From Salisapilia sapeloensis CBS 127946 (lineage: Eukaryota > Protista > Oomycota), in the NCBI GenBank assembly GCA_023334545.1, contig JAADVB010000027.1:1-64000 (forward strand): a stretch of 64,000 nt of DNA. The letters run 5' to 3'. The position numbers and the translations under genes are program-made. Each line of letters opens with the position of its first letter. Position 1 is the first letter of the stretch. The notes below the pieces were generated by a model, which saw only the letters and a list, made by a program, of their open reading frames with translations, was not told the DNA's origin and did not search any database. Positions 32,169 through 45,272 of this stretch are shown in pieces.

Positions 32169-35100
32169 ATGCAGCCCCCAAGAGGACCTCCAGGCCAGTA
32201 TCCCAATGGGAATCCTCCGATGCGATCCGCACCTCAAAACCAAGGTATTTATCCTCCTCTCTCCTTTACTAGCACAGTCTCTACGTTATAGACTGCTTGA
32301 CATGGCTCCCTGCTGCATGACATTCCTAATGTCGCCGTTTGCTAACGAATACGTCTTGATATGCATTGGCTCGAATTGAACATTATGCAGGACCAAGAGG
32401 ACCGCCGAATCCAGGCCAGCGTAAGTTCCAGCTGCATGCCTCTCATAAACTTGTTCCACTCCTTACATTGTTGTCTTGAAGAGATGCCGCCTCAGCAGCA
32501 GCAGCAGCAGCCTCGACCTTCGCCGCCGAACCAGCAAATGATGCGTGGACCAGCGCAGCAACCTCTTCAAAACCCCACGCAGCCAGGCGTACGACCTCCG
32601 AACGGTGCTCAGCCACAGATGCGTGGCTCTCCAGCTCCGCGTCCATCTCCGCCATCAGCAGGCTCTCCTGCTCCTAGAGGTCCAATGCCTTCGAATCAGA
32701 TGGTGCGAGGTCAAGCACCGCCTCCAGGTCCAAGCAGTGCAGGAGCGTCACCTTCCATGCGTCCTCAGTCTAGTCCGTCTCAGCCAATGCGACCATCAGG
32801 TCCATCCTCCGGCAATGGTGCCTCACCAATGCAGCAGATGCCACCCCGAGGTAGTCCGATGAGCGGGCCTCCTCGGGGTGGAATGCCGCAGGGACCTCCC
32901 TCTACCGGCAGCAACAACTCTGCTTCCTCTGCTTTACGGCCAATGGCTCCATCTCCAGGTGGAATGAACAGAGGGCCACAACCTCCTATGCAGCAGCCAA
33001 ATGCTCGTGGACCACCGCCGCCTCAGGGTCCGGGTCCGAATCAGTCACAAGGCAGAGGTCCGCCCCAGCCTGGTAGTATGCCACCTAATAATGCACCTCC
33101 ACCAATGCAAACTCCTGGAAACCAAGGCATGCGTCCTCCACCAAACCAAAGCATGCCTCCTCCAAATCAAGGCTATCAGCAGCCTCCGCCGCCTAATCAG
33201 GGCATGCCTCCTCGTCAGGGTTACCAACAGCCTCCTCCTCGCAACCAGGGCATGCCTCCTCGTCAGGGTTACCAACAGCCTCCTCCACAGGGTTACCAGC
33301 AACCACCCCCGGCGAATCAAGGCATGCCTCCGCGTCCAGGCTATCAACAACCTCCTCCTAATCAAGGCATGCCCCCACGCCAGGGATACCAGCAACCCCC
33401 ACCGAACCAAGGCTATCAGCAACCTCCTGCGCCTGGCCAAGGGATGCCTCCAAACCAAGGCTACCAGCAACCGTCGGATCCGCCAGCGCAAAAGCACCGA
33501 ATCGATCCGTCGCAGATCCCTCGACCTGTCGTCTCGAAGAAGAAGGAGGTGTACCATGCCCGAGGTCACACAGTGACGATGCCTCCGCCGGCGTCGAGTG
33601 AGTTTGTCTGTGAAGATGAGGGCTGCTGCAATCCTCGCTTCATCCGTCCGACGCTCAACCACGTTCCGGTAGACAAGCAGCTCGCACAACAGGCAGCACT
33701 GCCATTCGCGGCCGTCATCTGTCCTCTAGCAGAGCTCCACGAGGACGAGCGACCGATCCCGCTGGTGGACTTTGGTCCGACAGGTCCCCTGCGATGCACG
33801 CGATGCATGGCGTACGTGAATTCGTTCACCAAGTTCACGCACGGCGGTCGGAAGTTCATCTGCAACATCTGTACGCTCGCGAACGACACGCCGGACGAGT
33901 ACTACAGCGGTACGGACCAGAATGGCCGTCGACGTGACGTGATGGAAAGAGCAGAGCTGTCGCGTGGGTCCGTTGACTTTATCGTGCCCAAGACGTACAC
34001 TGTTCGTCCTCCGCAAGAGCCCATCTTTGTCTTTGTAGTTGACGTATCTGCGTCTTCCTTTAAGAGTGGGTTGGCGAATGCCGCGTTGGACAGTATAAAG
34101 TACCTCCTTCCATCTTTGGCGCAGAACGCACGGAAGAAGGTCGGCATCGTCACGTTCGACTCTGGTATCCAGTACTACCGGATGGACCAAGCTAGCGGTA
34201 TCTCCGTCTGTGCTATGCCCGACGTGGACGACCCATGCGCCCCTCTACCTCCAGACAGTTGGTTGGTGTCCATGGCGGACGGAAACGCAGCGCAGGAAAA
34301 GTTGTCCAACCTTATCGATCTCATCAAGACCACCTTTGAGGACACCACTGAAGAGCAAGCAGTGTCCGGCGCGGCATTCGCCAGTGCCGTCGACGCGCTG
34401 CAGGTCATTGGCGGCCGCATCGTCCTGTTGCATTCGAGTGCTCCGCGCATAGGCTTGGGTAAGCTGTCGCGTCAGGAGAACCCTGGCGCCTACGGTTCGA
34501 CGTCCGAAGTGGACCTGTACACACCAGCAGAGGACACACCGTACTCTCGCCTGGCCAAGCAGTGCGTCACGTCCCACATCTCGCTCGACGTCTTTAGCGT
34601 CGCGAACACATACTCTTCTCTCGCCGACATTGGTCGCGTCTGCGAACTCACGGGCGGACGAGTCATGTACCTGCCGCAGTTCGCCAAAGAGCTCAGCAGC
34701 AACCGACATCACCTCACGACGTCTCTCCAGCGACTCGTGGACAGAGAAGCTGGGTACGAGGCTGTGCTCAAGGTGCGTGTGAGTGCCGGCGTCCGGGTCG
34801 ACCGGTCCTACGGCAGCTTCTACAGCCCCGTCAGCTTTGACGGCTACAGCGTCGACGAGATGGAGTTCAGTGTCATCGATCAAGATCGATCGGTATGTGT
34901 CACGCTCGCGCACGACGAGTCTCTAGTTGAAGGGTCGGACGTGCACATCCAGGCCGCTCTGCTCTATACGCGGAGCGACGGTCTGCGATGCGTTCGGGTG
35001 CATAACTTGGCGTTGCAGGTGGACCCGCTGCTGTCGAACGTCTTCCGGTATGCAGATCTGGATGCTACGTGCTCTGTCTGGCAGCGTATGGCTGCAAGGA

Positions 35101-35888
35101 AGTTTGTGGACCACTCGCTAATGAAGTCGAAGCCGACGGCAGTGAAGGAGCAGCTCGTGGACGACTGCGTGACGGTGCTGTACAACTACCGCAAGCACTG
35201 TGCGTCCTCTTCGTCTTCTGGTCAGTTGATCTTGCCGGAAGCTCTCAAGCTCTTGCCTCTGTACACGCTCTCAACACTGAAGAGCCGAGCGCTGCGTGTA
35301 AACCAGACTGGAAACCCGCCGAGAGGCTTCATTGATGTCCGAGCAGACGAGCGTGTGATGATGCTTGGACTGCTGAATAGTCTCCCTGTGGAGTTCGCAG
35401 TCTCGGCAGTCTACCCGAAGCTCTACAGCATCCACGACATGACGGAAGAATGCGCGACGTTGGACGAAGACGGACACTTTGTCCTGCCACCGCAGCTGCC
35501 TCCTACGGCTGAGAAACTGGAAGAAGAAGGCGTATTCTTGGTCCACTCGGCCATGTTCTGCTACCTCTACGTAGGCCCCAAGGTCAGCAGCGAGACGCTC
35601 ATGGCGCTCTTTGGTGTCGAACAAGTGGACACGTCGGAACGTATTCCCGACATAATGGAGCCGCAGGAAGGAGAGCAGGAGGACGGACTGCGGGACAAGC
35701 TCCGCAGTCTGGTCGAGTACTTGAACTCGACGATTCCGATCTCGCAGCCGCTGGAGATTTTAACCAAGCAGGACTGGCGCTCTGGCAAGTTCATGAGTGC
35801 GCTCGTGGAGGACCGGACGCGAGACGACGTGTCGTATGTCGAGTTCCTTGTGCAGTTGCACAAGAAGATCCAGCAGCGCGGACGCTAG
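32169..35888 (+). CDS. SEC24: COPII coat cargo adaptor Sec24 (Sec24C/D type)
   Basis: P/Q/G-rich N-terminus, zinc finger RCTRCMAYVN...CNIC, vWA trunk FVFVVDVS, YEAVLKVRVS beta-sandwich, gelsolin-like C-terminus. Probable exons 32169-32244, 32391-32420 and 32482-35888. Confidence 0.95.
33169..33480 (+). repeat. Coding tandem repeat (NQGMPPRQGYQQPPP-like) in the Sec24 N-terminal IDR
   Basis: Several near-identical copies of about 14-15 codons are visible in the translation. Confidence 0.8.
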
Positions 35889-36002
35889 GCGAAGACCGTT
35901 TAGATTTGTGGCCAAAGACGAGAGTACGATTGATTAGAGTCCAAATCAAGCAACAGTTGAAACTACATTGGCACGCTTTTGATTTCGTTGGTATTTTTAA
36001 TC

Positions 36003-36998
36003 ATGGAAGACCAGGAGCCTATACAAGAGGCTGGCGAAGTGCATGAGGAAAAGGTAGAGGCTGAAGGAGATAAGCCGGAAGAAACAGGAGCAGTAGTAGA
36101 GGAGACAAGCAAAGAAGAGGATGCGGTTCACAAGCCTTCATCATCACTCCAAGTAATTGCAGGTGGAGACGATGACGTTATTGAAAGAAAGGAAGAAAAA
36201 CCAATCCAAGAGCCTGAGCATTTAGAAGGTCACCAAGCCAGCGAAACTAAAGATGAGGGTAGCAAACACGAACATGAAGAAGACGTGGTGCAAGACGAAT
36301 CCTCGCATAATCCACTATTGTCATTACCCGATGAAGCCGGAGGGTCTAGTGATAGCACTGCCCAGACACCAAAGACTTTGGATGTGCCAGCGATACAATC
36401 TGAGCTTCAACCAGCTATTGCACTAACAAGTACGCCTCGAGCGGACACCCGAGTACAAGTAGAGCAGAAACCGTTGATCGTCAAACGTGTACGCAATAGT
36501 ATATCGTCATTTCCTACACAAGCGCAAACTTTACGAACCCAAGTACTTGTAGAAAGACTCGTTCGTCGATGCTAGCGCTCTGTCTGAACTCCAAGCGTAT
36601 CTACTCCAAAAGGTATTCCTATTCTTTGCTGCTGCATTAAAAGTGTGGGTAGCTAAATGAGGTGCTAGATACCAGAAAGTGAAACCTCGGAAGCCGAGCA
36701 GACAATACACAAGGCCATCACATCCAGGTTGACGGAGAAACAGATTTGCCGCTACCTTCCACCCATGCTGAAAGAGATCACGGACCAGTTCCAGTCGAAT
36801 GCAGCCTTTGTAAACGACCAAGGGGAGATGGCACTGGAAATCCAATCCAATTTGTGTCTTCTCGAGCAGATCTACCTCGACGCAGGACGCAAGTCGCCTT
36901 TGCAGAACATTTACACGGAGGAAGAGACCGAGATGTTGGAGCTACTCTCCACATCCAGTGCTCCTCCGACGCCTCGAGTTGTTCAGATAGAAAAATAG
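36003..36998 (+). CDS. Hypothetical protein with an acidic disordered N-terminus and helical C-terminus; about three exons
   Basis: GT-AG introns join ...KPLIVKR / KDSFVDASALSELQAYLLQK / IPESETSEAEQ...QICRYLPPMLKEITDQF. No family recognised. Confidence 0.6.
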
Positions 36999-37026
36999 AT
37001 TCATTTCGTACTCTCATTCTCTCCTG

Positions 37027-38622
37027 TCAACGTATCCGCACGACCTTTCCGATGCCTTTTGCTTGGCCGTCTCGGAAGATGAAACGCATACCCTTCTTCA
37101 GAAACTCGGGTGAGTGCAAGAAGCGGAATCGCACGAGAGCTCGGTCACCCGTGCGGATTACTTCCTGATTCGTCTCGATCGCCACGATCTCAGCTGTCTG
37201 GCGCACCGTCCGACAGTTGATCATCGGCTGGTATCCGACCGCCACGGTTGTCTGGTGGTGCAAAATCACCACACGAGCTTCAAACTCCTGCGATACGAAC
37301 TCAGACACAGGAACACTCGTGCTCAAGAGCACCATGCCTTTGCGGAACGTCTGACGATTGATAGCATACTTCTTGTTCACAGATCGCACAGCCAACGCTG
37401 CGGTTTGACCTGGAGTCAGTTCTTTCTGAGGCAAGTACATGCACTCCATGCTCCGAATCGTAACCTTGTGGAAGTGGCCGTTGTAGTCTGGACCTATCTG
37501 CATCGTATCATTCACACGCAGCGCACCACTGAGCAAGGTTCCAGCAATGACGAAACCGACGCCAGGAACTTGGTATGTCTCGTCGATCGGCATCTCGACC
37601 GCCTCCGATAGACCGTCCGGCGCGGAAGACGTTTTGGCTACTGTAGGAGCCAAGGACGCTTTGAAAAGCGCTGAAGGACTGGCCTCGAAAAATATTTGGC
37701 GGAGGTTCCTCAACCCATCTCCCGTAACGTTCGAGAGTGGCAGAATAGGCGTCACTCGGTTCGACGGAACGCTCTTGGCTGCAGTCGTTGCCTGATCCAG
37801 CTCTTTCACCAGCATCGGCATCTTCCCATCTACCAGTCCCTCGTTCATGTCATCATCTGCAGTATATATAAAGACAATTGAAAGAGTCACATTTGCGAAG
37901 AATCTGACGGATGCTCTTTAGAGTCTCCTTTGCAATGTTCTTCGGGGCAATGTCGACTTTGGTAATCACGAACACAAGCGGAATCTCAAGCTACATCCGC
38001 GTAAGTCTATGTAAAGCCATGTAAATCCATGAATACGTACAGCAACAGCAACAGCAATGTGCTCTCGAGTCATCCGCTTGACGCCCATGTTTGCACCAAC
38101 AACGACGACGACCATATCAGGCACCATCCCCGTTAGACCATAAGTCGTCGTTTTCAAATACTTTTCATGCCCAGCGAGATCGATCAACTGTATTCGTTTC
38201 TCAGCAGCCCTTGCTAGTTCCACCCACGGCATTGTCTTCCCAGCTCTCTTGGACAGGACCTGTTCACCAGAAGGATCGAAGCCCATGTAGGCAGTGGCTA
38301 CGCTGCTCGTCCGTCCTGTTTCCATCTCGTGCTTGTGGCGAAAGACAGCACGCCTGGCCGACCCACGACCATCATCGAGGTCGCCCTTCACAAGCGTTCC
38401 TAGACAGCAAGCGACGTGAGCGAGAACAACATTAAGAATCTTAAAGTGACGTATGGACGTACCGATCAGACTCGATTTTCCACTGTCCACGTTGCCCACA
38501 AAGGCTATTCGCAACGTACGAGCGTGATCAGTGGACGAGTTTTCATTTTGCTGTTTACTAGTGACTTCTTCCTTGGACTCATGTGTTTCCTCTAGTTTCG
38601 TCTCGCTCTCCGTGGCCGCCAT
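37027..38622 (-). CDS. GTPBP: Translational GTPase of the GTPBP1/GTPBP2 family; multi-exon
   Basis: G1 GNVDSGKSSL, RHKHEMETGRTSS, G3 IDLAGHEKYLKTT, G4 TKVD, and EF-Tu-like domains II/III. Confidence 0.92.
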
Positions 38623-39094
38623 ACTTCTGCTCAAGCTCCCCAAAGCACTTGTGAAGTCGAAGTGCTGTGGAAATAGACGCACGGAGCAATACCGGGTACA
38701 AGTGTAATGACGTGTATTAAAACGAGACGGCTGTTCTTGAAGTTGAGGACAACAAAGCTTATGGACGTTTCGGTGCCCAGCTTTCCATGAAACGGCGGTT
38801 GATATCCACATTACGCCCATGAGTGATGGTGCCCAATCTGCACGCGTTGGTAAAATTCTCGTGGCAAGTAAATACCTATCGTCCACCATAGCTTATTCCT
38901 ACCAAAACTTAATGACGAATATGCAGTGTATCACATCTACCTCGTGCCCAATCGTGTTCTCATCCTTTGCCATCCAAAAGATCAATCCGAGTTGACTCCT
39001 TTTAGCATTCTTTTTCTTTTCTTTGGACGTATCCAACACGTTTCGAACACAGCAACACGCTGCCAACCCGCGATCACCGCGTTCGACCCAAGAG

Positions 39095-41175
39095 ATGGCG
39101 CCGCCTGCAGCGGACACACTCAGAATCCTCCTGGCTACAGATAGTCATTTAGGTTATCGTGAGAAAGACTCTGTGCGTGGTGGTGACTCCTTCCGTTCCT
39201 TCAAAGAGGCGTTGTCCATCGGCAAGCGTGAAAAGGTGGACTTTGTCTTGCTCGCCGGCGACTTGTTCCATGACAATCGACCTTCTCGGACGACACTGTA
39301 CCAGACGATGAGCATTCTACGGTCCCAGTGCATGGGCCCGGCTCCTGTTCAGTTCCAAGTCGTGAGCGACCAGAGCCTCAACTTTCCCAACTTTGGCGCC
39401 GTCAATTACGAGGATCCGAATTTCAACGTCGAGCTGCCCATCTTTTCCATCCACGGCAACCACGACGATCCGACGAGAGACGGCGCTGGCACACAGCCAC
39501 TGGCTGCTTTGGACCTCTTGTCGGCAGCCAACCTGATCAATTACTTTGGCCAAAGCGACCGCACCGACCTCATTGAAATCTTCCCAGTGCTCATCTGCAA
39601 AGGTACAACTTGTAAGGACTCTTAGCTGATGAGGAGACTAACTTAATATCACCAGGAAAGACGAAACTGGCCATCTATGGACTGGGTAGCATGATGGACG
39701 AGCGACTGCATCGCATGTTTGCGCAGAAAAAGGTGGTGTTCCGTCGTCCAGCAGAGCACCAGTCGTCCTGGTTTAGCATCTTTGTCGTACACCAGAATCG
39801 AGACAACAGAGGTCGTGGATCGAAGAACTGTCTACCAGAGTCGTTCATACCAGACTTCATTGACTTCGTCCTCTGGGGCCATGAGCACGAGTGTCTGATC
39901 GAACCGACTGAAAGTGCCCACGGAGATTTCTTCATCTCTCAGCCAGGATCCAGTGTCGCGACATCTCTTATTGAAGGCGAGTCGGAGAGTAAGCGAGTCG
40001 GCATCCTCCAAGTGCACAAGCAAAGCTTCCATCTCACCAGCCATCCTCTCACCTCCGTCCGAAAGTTCAAAATGGACGAACTTTCCTTGTCAGACCAGCC
40101 GCAGCTAGATCCGAATGACGCACAGGTAGCAGATCGAATTCAGGAGATACTGGAAAAAAAAGTAAAAGCGCTCTTGGCAGCTGCACAAGAAGAGGCTGGT
40201 ATCGATCCGAATGACGTACTGAATGGAGAGGAAGACGAAAGTAAGAGTAAGCAGGTGTTGATTCGACTCCGTGTGGAGCACTCTGGCTTTCCTATCGTCC
40301 AGAACCAGCGCTTTGGGCAAAAGTTTGTAGGTCAGATCGCCAATCCGAACGACATTCTTCTCTTCCATCGACGTAAAGAAAGAGCTAGCTCTGGTCAAGT
40401 GGACGTCAAGGCCAAGGAGCTGCTTCAAGCTCCTACCAAGCCATCTCATCAATCGGAAACAGTTGAAACTTTCTTACGGCAGCAACTGTCCACTGCAGAC
40501 GACTCGCTTCGTTTCTTTCCAGAGAAACAGCTAGGCGAGGCGCTTGAGACGTTTGTAAGAAAGAACGCTGCGTCTGCTTTAGAGGATTACACAAAGAGTG
40601 CCTTAAAGGAGTCTCAGACGAAGCTCCATGCAAATGGAGAGCAGACAGACATGACAGTGCAGCAAGTGCATGAGGCTGTAAAGAAGCAAAAGGAGGAGAG
40701 TAATCAGCAGGAGCAATTGGCGAATCAGGAAGAAGATCTGTTGGCGAGACTGCAGGCGCCAGCTACAAATGCTGCGTCTGATAGTGAAGAAGAGTATCAA
40801 CCGAGTGAAGAGGAGAAGCCTGCACCGAAGAAGAAACCTGCACTGAAAATGAAGCGAGCGCCGAGACAGACTAAAGCGTCGACAGTGAAAAAGGAGAGCA
40901 AGAAGCGTAGTCAAGCATCCATCTCGACCATGCTCGAAGCCAAGTCTAGGAAAAAAGTAAAGAAAGAGGAGAGCGAGGAAGAGTTGGAGAGTGATGACGG
41001 ATTCACCCAGACCAGTCGACGGACTTCAGGTGCAGACATGGAAGAGTCTGCGTTGCAACCTTCCCAACGCTCCAAGAAGAGGCTGCCGACTTCTCGCGTA
41101 GAATCTCAAGGGTCCAGTCAGCCGCAGAAGAAAGCAAGCTCTGTTCGATCTGGATGGAACGTACCTCGACGTTGA
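39095..41175 (+). CDS. MRE11: Double-strand break repair nuclease MRE11
   Basis: Phosphoesterase motifs ATDSHLG, GDLFHDN, HGNHDD, VHQNR and WGHEH; capping/DNA-binding domain; one intron near 39603-39655. Confidence 0.97.
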
Positions 41176-41331
41176 TATAAGCTACTGGACAAGAGCATTT
41201 AATGTAATAGAAACGACCGTCCGAGTGACGGAGGGCTGGATAGACACATGACTCGTGGCACCGACAGACATCTCACCATCAATTTGTCTATTTTCAAAGT
41301 ACAACTTATCTCGGTCTAGTGTTCATGTGCT

Positions 41332-41949
41332 CTAGAATTCAATGGAGGGCTTCCGACTGCGGCTTTTGTCTTGACTGTCAAAACTCATGTTGCTGCTCTG
41401 ACTGTCGCCAAAGCCGTGTCCATAGCTGTCCTCAGGGTTGTACTCTTCCAGTGTTATTTGGCTCGAACCACTCTGGTAGTTCGTGCTATCTTGCCAGTGA
41501 ATGTCCTGGGCGTCTGCATCGTAGACAGAATCCTTTTCGTTCTCGTACCCGTGCATGCTGTTGTGCTCGGTCGCAGTCATGGCTCTCGAGTCTTTCTGAA
41601 TTGGGTACGCTGGTGTGGACTGCTGCGTGTCGTCACTGGGCGTCGGATGAGCCTTGCCTAGGAACTGCTGTTTGTCTGACACAATGGACTTATCATCGGA
41701 CCGAGAGGCCTCCGTCCTTCTCTTGTCGGATGCACGAATGGCTTCTCGATTGTCACCTCTCGTCGGACGGTTCTGGAAGTAGAAAAAGTAGATGGTGTAG
41801 CCTACGCCGATGGCGGCAATGACACCGAGGAGTATGAGACAGTAAATCCACGTCTTGGATCCACTCAAGTCGCCTTCTCCATCGATTAAATCGGAATCGG
41901 ACGAAACGCTACCGACGGAGCTATCGGTGCTACTCTGAGAAGCCTCCAA
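41332..41949 (-). CDS. Single-pass membrane protein with S/D-rich cytosolic tail; possible short upstream exon near 42040-42063
   Basis: TM segment WIYCLILLGVIAAIGVGYTIYFFYF followed by basic residues; low-complexity tail ending SIEF. Confidence 0.7.
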   Translation of the reverse strand: MEASQSSTDSSVGSVSSDSDLIDGEGDLSGSKTWIYCLILLGVIAAIGVGYTIYFFYFQNRPTRGDNREAIRASDKRRTEASRSDDKSIVSDKQQFLGKAHPTPSDDTQQSTPAYPIQKDSRAMTATEHNSMHGYENEKDSVYDADAQDIHWQDSTNYQSGSSQITLEEYNPEDSYGHGFGDSQSSNMSFDSQDKSRSRKPSIEF

Positions 41950-42609
41950 TTGCCGTCGTAGAGCTACTCCTGGAGTCAGTTGAAAGTTTTTCTACTAGCA
42001 GACATAGTGCATGCTAGAAAAGTAGTGGAGGTACGTACTGAAGGTGCCTGGTGGAGAATACATGAAGGCAGTCGGACGCTGGGCGGTAAGGATTCTTACT
42101 GTGGAAGGACGTTCGCACAACAGTGGCAGATGGTAGAAAATTGATTGACGAGAATAGATGCCAGCACAAGCTTTCTCTCACGCTAGCAGCCACTACGTTC
42201 GTACACATCTCTTTTTCAGGTATTCATGTGCAGGTGCTTGACAGAAGTTCTCCTGAATGGTAGCAAGTGGAATTAATAGAAATGATCTTCATATAAAAAC
42301 TAAAAGCTACAAGGTCATGGCTACCCATCATGATGCGTTTTCAGAATATTTATGCCCTCAATGCTGCAGTTAAACATACACTCGCAGTAAGAACTTGTAG
42401 TACGCTGTCTTTGATACTACAAGACTCTTCTCGCGATGGAACACTCAGAGAGGTTTTAGACATGGCATAACCTCTCGAGCAGGATGCTTGGACACTTGAT
42501 ATCACTCACTTTTTCAAGACACCTTTATAAAAAGCAATACACCATATAAATAGCTTCGTAAAATCGACAACGAAACTCGACACGTTCGAACGAAAGTCGA
42601 TTGAAAGCC

Positions 42610-43888
42610 ATGTCAGCATTCCGGACGATCCGATACGAGTGGCAGCGGATCCCAAAGCCGGTCAAAATTGTTGCTGGCTTTGGTGGATGTATGTTAAACT
42701 ATCTAGAGCTCAATGATACCGTGTAATAACGCCATATTGATATTTGGTAACGAAAAATGTCTAGTGTACGCGGTATCCAGCATCGAAACGCTGCCGATTT
42801 CTGGACGAAAGCGCATGATGTTGCTTCCATACAGTACGTATACGTGTATGCACGCATTATTGCCTGTATATGTAAACCACAATGCGAATAGGCTTCGACG
42901 AGTATGTTGGACAGCAAGCATATCAAGTACGTTTGCGTCATAGTATGACTCTGGCTCAGTATATAACCTTTTTAATAACAGCAAGAGCTTCAAAGTCGGC
43001 GCGTCCTACCAGCATCCGATCGCGTATGTACATGCTCCATAGCTTCTTTAATAGACGTTTACACAAAGCTATACTGTAGAGATCAAAAGTCGTTAACCGC
43101 ATCGGACAGAAAATCATCCAGCATTCAGCTAATTCTAAGCTAAACTGGCGTTTTCATGTCGTCGAGGATAGTACACCAAACGCCTTTTGTCTACCTGGTG
43201 GCAAAGTCTTCGTTAACACGGGTCTCTTCAAGACTGTTCGCAATGAAGACATGCTAGCCGCAGTTCTATTTCACGAAGCTGCACATGGAATTGCTCGTAC
43301 GCTTTACATACCATTCTCTATAGCCATCTTTAGCTAATGAAAAATATATAGGTCATGGAACGGAAAAGGTACAGGGCACTGCGCTCCTCCAGACACTTTT
43401 GTATTCGGTCTTTTTCTTCTTTCTACCAGACGCTTCAAGTGATATGCTACGTATGAGTGACTTTGTAAGTTTCTCCTTTTTTAAGCGTTTAAGTATGGTC
43501 TCATCGTATTTTTACAGGTACTAAGGATGGCCACAGAGCTTCCCTTTTCTCGGAAATTGGAATCTGAAGCTGATTTGATCGGACTCAAGCTCATGTCTAA
43601 AGCTTGCTACCCGCCAGAAGCCAGTCTGGAGATGAACCGAGCACTTGCCAAATTAAACAAGGGCAGTGACGATTTCACGAGCAAGTACTTTTCGACGCAT
43701 CCGCCGAGCAAAGAGCGAATCGAGGCTATTCGGTATATCATGATCCACTTCATTATCAAGTCTTGCAACTTACATAGGCATCAACTGTTAATATCTCTCG
43801 TAGTCAACACCTTCCTGACGCCAAAGCCATTTATGAATCCTTCGACTGCGCGCATACCAAACAGTCCTTCCGTCGCATCATGCAATGA
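42610..43888 (+). CDS. OMA1: M48 family zinc metalloendopeptidase, OMA1-like; multi-exon
   Basis: Spliced exons give IETLPISGRKR, NAFCLPGGKVFVNTGL, HEAAH (HExxH), ESEADLIG and FSTHP. Confidence 0.88.
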
Positions 43889-45272
43889 ACGAATAAAACA
43901 CGCACTTAGTCTGACATGTTAACTGCTACTTTCCTATGAGCATTCATGATGCTGTGCAAAATATCGGCTTGGTTATCAGTGTGTTCTTTGTTGCTGCATC
44001 TATTGCTTACACTTAGGATATTATAGCATACAGATTAGCTTTATTCAAACAAAGCAGACACGTATTGGCTTGGCAAGATGCAGCGTAATACATTTTGTTT
44101 TTGATGATAGTGAGGCTTCTATACTACCTAATGCGAGAGGCTGGGCAAATTTGATTAGAGGTGTGGTAACTTGACTGGGAATGGCTCACACGTTTTGTAA
44201 ACACGCTACAGGAGGTGCTAGTGGGCTAGAAATATTGATGGAAAAGGTTGAAGAGGCTAACGATTGCATAAATCGACAAGAAGTCAGTTCAATTCGTCCT
44301 TATGGTAACATACCCTTTCCTGCCTGATCGTTGATAGCTTTTAAAGACATTCACTGTGTCACTACTAGAATATATGCTTTTAATCTAGCCGATTCTGTAC
44401 AGCAAACTCTAATAGGAAGTGCACGAACTTTGTCACAAGACTAACAGACGTCTAATAACAAGTCATTTTCACTCTCACTTGTCATCCAATAACCACCAAA
44501 AATTCTTCTGCCCAAGTTTCTACTGGATTTCGTGATCTGGCAATCAAATCTTCCTCATTCGACTTTATCCTTATCTGCTAGGCAGCGCTATGGTTACACT
44601 CGATCATGCTATCGTCATATCTCTTATCCTACTTCAGTCGAGAGCGGCTCTTCTTTGCAATAATCGTTACCTGATATGCGAACTCCCGCTCGCACGTCAA
44701 GACCGAAATTGAGTTTAACTGTTCGGTACGGACAAGATGTATACTCTAATTTATACCGTAGTCACATCTTGCGAGACCCATACTGTTCGTCGCTTATCGT
44801 CGAGTGCTCCAACACATCCAGGGAGCTCAGTCATATCCTAAAGCAAAAAATTATTCAAAGAGGCAGTGACTTGATATAGAGCCTGCTGATGGCAAGCTAA
44901 AGCAGCTCTCGCTTCGCTGTCTACTCCATCCGAAAGCCATAAAAATTATCCATGATAAAGTGCCACCTCAGCAGTCACTGTCCCGAATTATACACACTAA
45001 AATAAGCATTGTTTTTGTATAAATTTGCTGCATTTAATTTGAAAACTCTTTCTATTCGCTCGCTTCATGGACACCTGGCGGTTTCCACGTCAGGTGCCAG
45101 CTCATGCTGAATCACCAGCATAATGCTGTCTTCGCCTTCATTTTGCCACTTAAGCGACTAGTTCTGCACTACTCCGAAGCTATCTAGACAGTTCAAAAGT
45201 ACGTGGGAACTACCTATCGCTCGGTCATCTCCGGTCCGATAACACAAGCTTCCGAATTGTTAATTAATCAGG

